Of a stretch of DNA of 64,000 nucleotides, positions 47,989-57,600 are shown in pieces. The position numbers were made by a program, and so were the translations under genes. Location: positions 45,521-109,520 of IMG/VR virus record IMGVR_UViG_3300005617_000004. One strand, given 5' to 3'. The first letter of the stretch is position 1. Every line of letters begins with the position of its first letter. The stretch is from a virus. The notes under the pieces were generated by a model that saw only the letters and a list, made by a program, of their open reading frames with translations, was not told the DNA's origin and did not search any database.

Positions 47989-48629
47989 ATGATGCCCAGG
48001 TACCAGTTACGCTTCCGCTGTGCGCTAACCGCCAGCGCGATAGCCGAGCCGCCGACATAGCCCGGGTCGGAGCTGCAAGCATTGTCGAGAGCGCGGAACG
48101 CTGCCATCGCTCGCTTCCGGAAGAACCGCAGCCGGGCTTCCTGGCGGGCGACGATGGCGCACTGGTGGAGGGCTTCGCGGTCGGCGGGGGTGATCATGAC
48201 TTCTTCACCTTTCTCGGCTCCATGAGGTCGATGACCCAGTCCAGGGACTCCAGGTAGCAGCCATAGTCGCGACGCTTGCGCGCAGACTTCTGCGCAAAGC
48301 CTTCCTCGGCGACTTCGCTGCGCTTGCGCCGGACCGCAGCGACGAGTGCGCGGCATTTGCGCTGGTAGGGGCTCACGACTTGTCCTCCACGACCTTGAGG
48401 TTCTTCTCCAGGTCGTCGATCTGGGCGCCGATCATCCCGTCGTGCGCGCCCTTCTTGGACTCGGCGAAGGCCTTGATCAGCTTCTTCTCGTCGGAGAAGC
48501 CCACCTTCATGCCGACGTTGGTGCCATTCTTCAGCCGGAAGACGATGTGCAGGTTGAAGCCCTCGTCGGACGACTCGGTGTAGAGCAGCACCTGCCGGTC
48601 GCGGAGGGTGTGGATGTGGGCGAAGTCGT

Positions 48630-48863
48630 TCATGGCGCCACCACGAACCGCGTCACGCCCGGCCGCGCTTCGTCGGACCACATCGCCAGCGGCCGCACCC
48701 AGGTGTTGCCCTGCGGGTCGCGGTAGGCCACGACAAGTTCGCCGGTCTCGGAGTGGTGGCCGACGCCGTCCACGGTGTAGAACTCACCAGGATGCTTCCA
48801 GTGGGTCCAACGGGAGCCGCGCTGGGGAGCGTTGGCGGGGATAGGAGCAGGGCTGGTGAGCAT
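48630..48863 (-). CDS. DUF1653 family protein
   Basis: HWK..Y.V.GVGHHSETGELVVAYR..WVRPLAMW. Confidence 0.75.
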   Translation of the reverse strand: MLTSPAPIPANAPQRGSRWTHWKHPGEFYTVDGVGHHSETGELVVAYRDPQGNTWVRPLAMWSDEARPGVTRFVVAP

Positions 48864-49030
48864 CTCAGTTCTCGGGGTTGTAGGTGGGCGCGTTCAGGTA
48901 CTGGGACTCGGGGGAGGTCGGATCGGCCAGCTGCTTGGCGACGGTGTCGAGCGCGGCCGCGAGTGCCTCGGTGAAGCGGCCAGCGATACAGACCGAGCGC
49001 TGTAGCTCGGGGGAGGGGTGATCGTTCATG

Positions 49031-49678
49031 TCAGTTCTCCGTCAGTCTGACGAGGTAGAAGCGCCGGCCCTCGATCTCGACGTACGGGTACATGCGCGCC
49101 GCCACGCCGTCGAGGGTGCCGGGTTGGCTGGCGCGGTGCATGGCGTGGAAGACCGACTGCCCCAGGGTGAAGCCGGACGTCGGCAACCGGTCCTCGGGCT
49201 CGTACTGCACGCGCAGTGTCGGCCGCTGGCCCGAGCCGCCGCACTCCCGGCACTTGTCGCCGTCCGGGTTGCCGCCGTCGGCGTCGATGGTGGATTGGTC
49301 GGTGCCGGAGCCGATGCACGCAGGGCAAGCGGTCTCCACGGCCTTGGCGCGCATAATGTGGTCGGAGGTGGCCATCATCGCATTCGCGAACCACCCCGTC
49401 ATCGTGTCGACGTCCGCGGCGATGTGGGGCAGGATGCTGATATGCTCGACGAAGGACTTGGCCCAGGCGTGGGCGTCGGTGCTGCCAAGCGGAGGCTTGG
49501 CAGGTTCGGGCCTGATGCGGTAGTTCTCAGGCGCGTCGTCGAACTCCAGGCCGCCGCCATACGCGATCCAAGTGAACGCGCCCGCAGCGTCCAATGGACC
49601 ACTACGATGTTCGATCGTCTTACCCGCGGCGAACGCCAGGAAGATCGGCAGCAGGGCTCTGGCTTGGTCGGGGGTCAT
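49031..49678 (-). CDS. Mosaic phage protein with DnaJ-type CxxCxGxG motifs
   Basis: YRIRPEP; CPACIGSG; CRECGGSG. Confidence 0.55.
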   Translation of the reverse strand: MTPDQARALLPIFLAFAAGKTIEHRSGPLDAAGAFTWIAYGGGLEFDDAPENYRIRPEPAKPPLGSTDAHAWAKSFVEHISILPHIAADVDTMTGWFANAMMATSDHIMRAKAVETACPACIGSGTDQSTIDADGGNPDGDKCRECGGSGQRPTLRVQYEPEDRLPTSGFTLGQSVFHAMHRASQPGTLDGVAARMYPYVEIEGRRFYLVRLTEN

Positions 49679-51163
49679 GTCAGGAATCCTTGTTGAGCTT
49701 GACGCCCCGAATGTCCGCGATGTCCTGCGCCAGTTGCTGCACTACCGCGCGTTTGACCCGCAGCCGCTTCTGGTGTGCCTTCCGGAACCGCTCCGCGGCG
49801 CGCTTGGCGGCTGCCAGGGCGAGGTCCATACTCGCGTAGCCGGAGCGGCGCCAGCGCCTGAGAACCGCGGCCGACCAGCACTCACAGACCACGGCGGAGT
49901 AGGTGGAGCCGCGATTGAGGTAGGCGCGGGGCCGGAAGGAAATGGGGCGGGTCATGGCTTCTCCGCCGCACTCGGCCTGATCACCGGCGACGGTGGCGTC
50001 ACCTGCACCGGCCGGCTCAAGTCATTGATCTTTGCTAGGTTCCAGGTGTAGACACTGGACACCGCGTAACAGCACCAGGGGACCGTGAGCCATGAGCAGA
50101 GGAGCGAGACGGTGAGCGCCGCGGCGACTTTCCTGCGCCACGTGTTCTTCGGCCGCCACTTGGCATACGCGGCGTCGTATGCGGCGCTCTCCTCCTTGTA
50201 GCTGCTGTAGCCGTACATGGACGGCTTCACGGGGGCGCCGCAGTGGAGAACGGCGACTACCCCCACTGCCTGCGCCGTCGCAGCGAAGAAGATCGCGAGA
50301 TTGAGAGTGGTGTTGTCGATTTCCATGGTCAGGTCTCCTTTGTCGGAGGCAGGAGCGCGACCATGGCGCGCAGGTTGGCGAGGGGTATGTCGGAGCGGCC
50401 GTGACCTGAAAATACGCGGCAGAGGCGGCGTTCAAGCTGCTCGGCCTCTTTGTCGTCGAGCCACTCCTGCTCGGAAGCGAACAGGTAGTGATCAGCGGTG
50501 TAACCGTTGCTGCGTTGGGCCCAGTCGCTGAGGTGGTAGCCGACCCCTTCGTAGTGCAGCGGGTCGTTAGCCTGCTTACAGAAGAAGTATTTGCGGCCGA
50601 CCTTGACGACGATAACCGGGGTCAACTTCTGCTCGCAGCGACGGGCGGCGTTGCCGACGTTGAGGTCGTACAGGGTCTGGCCGACGGTGGGAGTGGGACG
50701 GGCCACGACTCAGCGCCCCTGCTCGCGGTCGGCCTGCGCGATCTCGGCGCGGTGGACTTTGGCGTAGTCGCGGGCCAAGCCGACCACGGCTAGCATGATG
50801 CCACACAGCATCATCCAGATGCAGAACAGCTGCCCGAACAGTCCACCGGTGCTGGTGATCGACACCTCCCGCCTCTCCGCGTCGTTGGTCATGGCTGGGC
50901 TCCTTCTGGCACGGGTTCTAACGCGCCGCTATGGAGTGCAAGGGGTAATCTAGGGAGAGGCTAGGGAGCGGGCAGAACCCAGGCAGTCCACTCGGCGTAG
51001 GTGCATGTCTTGCGCGCCGGCTTGCGTTTGAGGCCGCGCCCAGCGAGGTAGTAGATGTCCCCGCCGAGATTGGCGTCATACGGGCGGCGCCATTCGAGAC
51101 GATGCGTGACCGGGTTGCGACCGCGGTAGAGTTCCTCCATAACGATGCCGTGGTAAACGCGGG

Positions 51164-52453
51164 TCATAGGGATGCCTCCACCCGCGCCATGCGCCGCTCG
51201 ATGTCCTTGACGTATTCGTCCTCGCGCTCGGCCAGGATCACGTTGAAGCCCTCCAGCAGGGCAGCTTCGCCGGTGGTGCCGGAACCAGCGAAGGGGTCGA
51301 GAATGGTGCCGCCCGGCGGGGTGATGAGACGGGAGAGGTAGCGCATCAGGGCGATGGGTTTGACGGTTGGGTGTTTGGAGCCTTCGAGCTCCTTCTTGGT
51401 GGCCTTCGAGCTGTAGTGGAAACGATGAAACTGCTCCTCGTCGGTGTAGGGGCACGACTTGAAGAAGCGTGCAGCGCTTGTCTCGGTCTCGACGCGCGGG
51501 GTTGAGGTATGGCGGCGATCCATGACCCCGTAGCAATTCTGGTCTGAACCTCCGGCCCGGAGACTCGGTTCGTTGCCGGTAAGACCGCCCTGCTGGCCCT
51601 TCGCGTCAGGGAACGCCGCGAGCACCTCGTCACTGCCGTCGTGCAAGACGTTGGCGGGGAAGCGGCTGGTCGGCACCTTGATCAACCCCTGCGCATACGC
51701 GCCCTTCTGCCCTTCGCTGACCTGCCCGATGCGCCCATCGCCGCCCGCCTTGCCAGACGACCCGAGGCGGTTCCATTCCTCTTGCGATGGTGTCTCGTCG
51801 CCCCAACCGACACGACTCGCTTCAATATTGATCCCGCCCACGCCCCACCGCAGCACGTTCGCCGCCACCGTCGGCTCCGAGCACGGCTTGCGCGCAAGGA
51901 TGATCGGCTCGTAGGCCGGCTTCAGCGCGGTGCCCCAGCCGTCCCACTGCTTGGCGGCGTCGGTGGAAGGGGCGGTGATCTGACACTCCTTCTCGCGCTG
52001 CTCGGGGGTCTTCGAGGTGAAGCCCTCGCCGAACGCCTCGCCGCCTGCGCAAGCATTCAAGTGGTAGCCCGGCTGCCCGAGCTTGCTGCCGACCACCTCC
52101 CGCTCCGCGCCCGCCGCCTTGTCGATCGCCTTCGAGATGTCCATGCTCTTCGGGAAGCCCGTGCCGAACATCCACATGAGCGAGTCGCGGAGCTCGAACC
52201 CCGCGTCCTCGATCGCGACGGCGAGGCGGTGGTACAGCCGCGGCGCGCCAAAGCACACGAGGTGCGCGCCGGGCTTGAGCACACGGTACGTTTCCTTCCA
52301 GAAGGCGACGTCAAACGCGATGCCGCTGTTGTCCCAGCCCTTCCCCATGAAGCCGAGCTCGTAGGGCGGGTCGCTGACCAGCGAGTCGAGGGAATTGTCC
52401 TCAATCGACGCGAGCATCTCGCGGTTGTCGCCGTGCCACAGGTCCCAGGTCAC
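51164..52453 (-). CDS. DNA N6-adenine/N4-cytosine methyltransferase (beta class)
   Basis: DPPY; HPTVKP; LDPFAGSGTTG. Confidence 0.92.
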   Translation of the reverse strand: MTWDLWHGDNREMLASIEDNSLDSLVSDPPYELGFMGKGWDNSGIAFDVAFWKETYRVLKPGAHLVCFGAPRLYHRLAVAIEDAGFELRDSLMWMFGTGFPKSMDISKAIDKAAGAEREVVGSKLGQPGYHLNACAGGEAFGEGFTSKTPEQREKECQITAPSTDAAKQWDGWGTALKPAYEPIILARKPCSEPTVAANVLRWGVGGINIEASRVGWGDETPSQEEWNRLGSSGKAGGDGRIGQVSEGQKGAYAQGLIKVPTSRFPANVLHDGSDEVLAAFPDAKGQQGGLTGNEPSLRAGGSDQNCYGVMDRRHTSTPRVETETSAARFFKSCPYTDEEQFHRFHYSSKATKKELEGSKHPTVKPIALMRYLSRLITPPGGTILDPFAGSGTTGEAALLEGFNVILAEREDEYVKDIERRMARVEASL

Positions 52454-53214
52454 GGCGTCACTTCCACCAGCAACTGGCTGTCGAACTTCGGGTTCTCCTT
52501 CGCGGTGTAGCCGCGTGGATTGCAGACGACGCGCGTCTCGCCGACCATGTAGTCGCAGCTGCTATGCGTGTGGCCATGAATCCACAGCTTGATGTTCGGC
52601 GTCATCAGGTCTTCACAGTTGGAGCAGAAGTAGGGGTTGAGTTCACTGGCGGCAAATTGCGGGTCGATCGACTTGGGGCTGGGCAGGAAGTGGGTGATGA
52701 AGACGGTGGGAACGTCAGTATCGCAGTACAGGCGCAGGTGCTTGCGTGCTTTCATGTGCGAGAAGACCGCATGTGCCGGCTCGAAGTTGGTGATCCGATG
52801 GAAGTCGGAGATACCTTGAGCTGCGAGACGCTTGGCGAGTTCGGGGTTGGACGCGGTCTTCCCCTCGTGCACGAACGGCAAGCTGAAGTCGGTCCACAGC
52901 GTGGCGCCGACGAACCGGATGCCGTCGATCAGCTCGTGCGGGCGCCGGTCGAGCCGGATCACGTTGGGAAAGGGGTGGAATAGCGTTTCGAGTTCGGCGT
53001 CCACCAACGGAAAGGTGTTCAGGTAGTATTCGTGGTTGCCGGGGATGTAGAGCGTCGGCTTGCCGTCGGTCTGCTTGAGCAGGGTGCGGAACCGATCGTA
53101 GCTGCGTTGAGTGGTGATGTCGCCGGCAAGCACGATGACGTCGGCGTCGGGGTGGGGTTTGAGGGTGAAAGACTGGGCTTCGAGGTGCAGGTCGGAGAGG
53201 ATGTGGAGTTTCAC
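52450..53214 (-). CDS. Calcineurin-like metallophosphoesterase
   Basis: SDLHLE, LAGDI, GNHEYY, HGHTH, NPRGY. Confidence 0.92.
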   Translation of the reverse strand: MKLHILSDLHLEAQSFTLKPHPDADVIVLAGDITTQRSYDRFRTLLKQTDGKPTLYIPGNHEYYLNTFPLVDAELETLFHPFPNVIRLDRRPHELIDGIRFVGATLWTDFSLPFVHEGKTASNPELAKRLAAQGISDFHRITNFEPAHAVFSHMKARKHLRLYCDTDVPTVFITHFLPSPKSIDPQFAASELNPYFCSNCEDLMTPNIKLWIHGHTHSSCDYMVGETRVVCNPRGYTAKENPKFDSQLLVEVTP

Positions 53215-53446
53215 GCGCGGTATCCCGGGTTGATGTTCGCCCGCTTCTCAGGTGGCCATGACGTGACCTCGCGCGACGCGGCGTCGAGGCGACGGTATAG
53301 CCAGTTGTCCGGGCGAGTCGGGTGCCGGAGAACGCGGCCGGTGCCGCTACAAGGGCAGCCGGAGAGCACTTGGCCAATGACATAGCCGCGGCCTTTGCAG
53401 GTCGGGCAGGTGGTGAGTTCGCACCACCATTCGAGGGTAGGGCGGC

Positions 53447-53962
53447 TCATTTGCGGAGTGCCTCTCGGAGACGCTGCGCGGTCTTAGTAGTCACATGGAA
53501 CTCCGCACAGCCGCCCGGGTCGCTCGTCTGATACCGCGTCACCTGATGGACGGGTTTCTCCGGCGACACCACCTCTCGGCCCATCAGCCGATACCGCTCT
53601 TCGGTTATCAGCTTGAGCGCCCCGACGAAGCCGATGCGCTCGATCTTCCGCCGTTTTCCAGGGCGTACAGCGTTTGACGCCCAACCCGCGCCTCCGGCAA
53701 TCGCCTGCACGATGTCAAGCGTGTCGCCGTCCTTGAAGACCGTCTTCATGCCGTCGAGGAACCGGATGTCTTCTTCGCCGACGAACAGGTTGAACCAGCG
53801 GCGCGGCTTGGCGCCGTCGAGCAGCTTGTCCTTGATGCCGGGGTAGTGGCGGTCGAGGTAGGCGATGGCGTCTTCGACGGAGTCGGCGTAGAGGTGGAGG
53901 ACGGGCTGGTCGGCGACGAGAGGTCGCAGGGTAGAGGGGATGGAGACGGTGATGTAGTTCAT
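53447..53962 (-). CDS. MoaD/ThiS ubiquitin-like protein with an 80-aa extension after the di-Gly
   Basis: VSIPSTLR..NLFVGEEDIRFLDG..KDGDTLDIVQAIAGG, then the frame continues. Confidence 0.8.
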   Translation of the reverse strand: MNYITVSIPSTLRPLVADQPVLHLYADSVEDAIAYLDRHYPGIKDKLLDGAKPRRWFNLFVGEEDIRFLDGMKTVFKDGDTLDIVQAIAGGAGWASNAVRPGKRRKIERIGFVGALKLITEERYRLMGREVVSPEKPVHQVTRYQTSDPGGCAEFHVTTKTAQRLREALRK

Positions 53963-54630
53963 CGCGGCTCCTCCGGGAAGAATCGCTTGAATACCCCGTC
54001 CGGATTATCGACCAAGTCCTGCGTGAACATCCAAGTATGGAGCCACGTACCGTCCATCAACGGCAAATGTGACAAGAAAGGCAGTTCGTTGCGATTACCG
54101 TTTTTATCGCGGAACGAGAACCCGTCGCGCTTTATCATAGCCTCCAGCTTCAGCACGTCGATGTCGTAGAGCGCGATCTTGTGAGCGGCACAAAACCGCC
54201 GTTTTTGCGGGGTTATTGGCGTCGTAGCGGTAAGCTCAAACACCGCTGTCAATCCAAGATTACTCTCGCAGGCGACGTCAAATATGAACATGGGCTTGAG
54301 GTTGACCTCCAACGCGGCCTCGGGAGTTGGATAGCACCACGACTCATTTTCGTGCAACCAGTTCTGGGCGCCGAACTTTATCCCTAGCTGCGTCCACGAA
54401 AACGTACGACCCTTCGCCTTATGTGGACCCGGGTAGACATACTCAACCACAACGTGCCCGTTGGCGTGGTCGCTGCGAATGGGGCCATAGCCGGTCCAGA
54501 GCCGTTTGATAACACTCTGCACGACCAACTTGGCGTCGAAGTGCGCGTCGGACTCGCGGTTTCTGAACGCGGTCTTCTGGCGGTACTCCGCCGCAGACAT
54601 TCCATAGGGGTAGTCGCCATCATCGTTCAT
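53959..54630 (-). CDS. CoiA-like PD-(D/E)XK nuclease
   Basis: ESDAHFDAK..E..FDVAC..VFELTAT; visibly more AT-rich than flanks. Confidence 0.45.
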   Translation of the reverse strand: MNDDGDYPYGMSAAEYRQKTAFRNRESDAHFDAKLVVQSVIKRLWTGYGPIRSDHANGHVVVEYVYPGPHKAKGRTFSWTQLGIKFGAQNWLHENESWCYPTPEAALEVNLKPMFIFDVACESNLGLTAVFELTATTPITPQKRRFCAAHKIALYDIDVLKLEAMIKRDGFSFRDKNGNRNELPFLSHLPLMDGTWLHTWMFTQDLVDNPDGVFKRFFPEEPR

Positions 54631-57600
54631 TTTCCATACCTCCTGGACATGATTTCTGGTTTGCTGAACACAGGCATTCCTGGCGCCCACGACGGTGCGA
54701 TTCGCATCTCGCGCTCCAGCCAGTCACGCCAAGCGATACCGTGCTGCTCGGGAACTTCCAGCACGACTTCGTCGTGCACGTGGAAAGCGATCGGCGCTCC
54801 GGCGCGATCTACCCGCAGCATGACGTCGGCGAGCAGGTCGCGGCAGAAGCCCTGTACCGCGTTCTCGTAAATCTTACCGCCGTAGGTGCGACGCTGCAGA
54901 ACCTTGCCGTTGACCGCGTTGTCATAGACGATCACCTTTCGCCAGTCGGCATAGGGGTCGCGCTCCATGCGCGCGTTCCAATAGGTGATGGGTCGCCCGC
55001 TAGGCAGAATCATCTCCACACGATCCGGGTGCTTGACGAAAGTCAGCTTCCCGCATTGGCGCACCGTCGTGCGGTTGTTCTCCAACACGAGCTTGAACAT
55101 CTCTTCACAGGCCCACCAAGACTTCTGCACCTTCTGGTACTTCGACCGGTATCCGTCGATGATGGTCTGAGGGTCGATCCCAAGCCCTACAAGGTCAACG
55201 CCGAGCGGGCCGGCCATCCGAAGCACAGCGTTTGCGCCGCCGCCAAAACCCGCGCTAAGGATTCCAATCTTACCCCCTCCGCGCTCGCGCTTGGTAACGG
55301 TCAGGGGGTTCTTGCCGAAGATGGTGCCGGCCAGAATCTGGTAGGTGTCAGGAACGTTCGGGTCTTTGCCTTCGGGGTGAGCTTCATCGGCAGCATCCTT
55401 CCGGCGATAGTCGATGAGACCATCCTCGTCGTCGGCCAGCCACAGTACGCCGCGCGCTTCTACCGAAGCGAAGTCACCAACCACAAACACGTTGCCCGGC
55501 GCCGGCACAATGATGCCGCGAATCAGGGACCCGAGCAGCTCGTAAGGCGGCTGGTCCTTGCACAGCTCAACAAACCGGGCCCGGTCCTTCTCTTCAATGG
55601 CGGCCGCAGCCGCGGCGAGGTCAAACTCCTCGTTGGGCCTCTTCATGTTCTGAACCTGGATCTGATACCCGCTCCACCGACCTGTTGACGCACCACAGTA
55701 CCGCAGCTGCCCCTTAGCCCGTCCGTCGGCCGACACGCATTTCAACGCTTTCTCGACCTTGGCCAACGCGGCTCGCGACACGGTCAGCCGGCACTTGATG
55801 GCCTCTACGACTTCGTGTGAGATGGGGCCGACCTGCTCGGGGTCTGTCTTCCGTTCCTCCTGCTCCTCGTACATCTCCACGACGGCCCGCAGCGAAGTCA
55901 CGGTCGTATCTTCGAGTTGCGCGTGCGGGGGTAGGTTCTGGTTCAGCTGCTCGCGCAAGAACTCTACGCGGGTGAGGTCGGCCCGGGTGATCGCGCCGCC
56001 CGTTACCTTCTCAATCTGCGCGCCGGCCAGGGCCTTGAACTCATCGTCGAAGTCCCGCAGCGTCGCGGCGAACTCTTTATCGATGCAGATACCCCAGTAG
56101 TTGATCTTGTGGTGCAGGTCGCACACCTCCTGCTCCCACGCCGGGCTGGCGTCGAGGCCGAACTTCTGCGCGATCCAGTAGCTGATGTCGGTGTCGCGGA
56201 AGTTGTAGCTCAAGATGCTCTGAATCATGAAGTCTGTGAGCTCCGGCAGCTCGCCCGTCTTGGGGTCGGGGCCCCATATCTGGCTGATGAACCGCTTGCC
56301 GGCCACGTCCTTGCCTAGGCCGAACAGCGTCAACCCAGCCTCGTCGGCGCCGGCGGCCAGCCCCTTGGACAAGGTGCGGTCCATCGTGTCGCGCCACGCG
56401 ATCGGCTCCGGCAGCTTCAAGGTGCGGGTCCAGATGGCGCGCTCGAACCCGACGTTATGTGCTACGATCACACACCCAGACGGGTCGGTCACCATGTCGT
56501 GCAAGAAGTCAATGCCGTGCTCATACTCGACGCCCTCCGGCATCGTCAGGTTGTACTTGCTCGTGGTCCAGTAGATCCGACGTCCCTCTACGATGATGGC
56601 GGCGCACATGACCTTGGTGGAGGCATCCTCCGCGTACACGTAGCTGCCATGCTGGGGTAGGTTGCAAGCTGACTGGGTCTCGAAGTCCAAGTACACAATC
56701 AGCGGGTCGGTGTACTCGTCGGGGTCCAGCACGAGGGGCTCCTGGTCGCCGAGTGCGGTGAGTTCCTGAAGCGCTTCGACAGCGACTACGGCCGCCCCCT
56801 CCGCGGAGGTTTCGACGGGCGGCCGTGGCTTCGGGGGCCACGTGTTGAACAGCTCCGCGTTGACGCTGCGGGTGCGTGACCGTGCGCGGCCTCCCTCCGC
56901 CATCCGAACGTAGGAGCGTGCGCCCCAGTTCCGGATCTCGAACTCGACGGTCTTTATACCGTCCTTGAACGCGTACATTTTGGGCAGGTGCAACTGGAAC
57001 GGGTCCAACACGTGCTTCAAGCTCTCCGCGGCGTGCAGCCTGTCTTCGTCGCGCTGGCCACTGCTGCCCTTACCCAGGGACTCGACCAGCAGCTGGCACG
57101 TAGCGCCGACGGTGCCGGCCTTGTTCCAGTCGATGAAGCGGGCACCGCGGCCGACGCGCTTCTGGGTCGTCGCATCCTCCTCGGGGCTGCCGGCGATACG
57201 CTCGATCAGCTCGACCACCAAATCGCGGATGGCTTCGTGGGTATCGGTTCTGTCGACCTCCTCCTCAAGCCTCGGGATCTTCAGCATCTGCATCTTGACG
57301 GCGAACGACGTCTCGCAGTCGGCCGGGAAATACTCGTCTACGACCCAGGAGTGCAGGGCCTGCGCTGCCTGGGTGAGCTCCGGCGACGACATCCACCACT
57401 TCTCGACCATATGGCCGATCTTCTCCCAGCTGGTGGTCAACCGGGTCTCTAGGCGCAGCAGGTGCACGCGCCGACCAAACTGCTGATCATGCGAGAAGAA
57501 CGCAGGGATACGCCAGTCGGTGAATATCACCGCATTATTGAACGGGGGGCTCTCCGCGCCCTTGTAGTTCTTATAGTGGGTGAACGCGGCGCGGTTCAGC

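Noticed and set aside
51164-54630. Restriction-modification or defence operon (MTase, phosphoesterase, Ubl, nuclease)
   Set aside because: Each is a common independent phage accessory gene. No E1/E2/JAB partner or cognate REase arrangement supports a single system.
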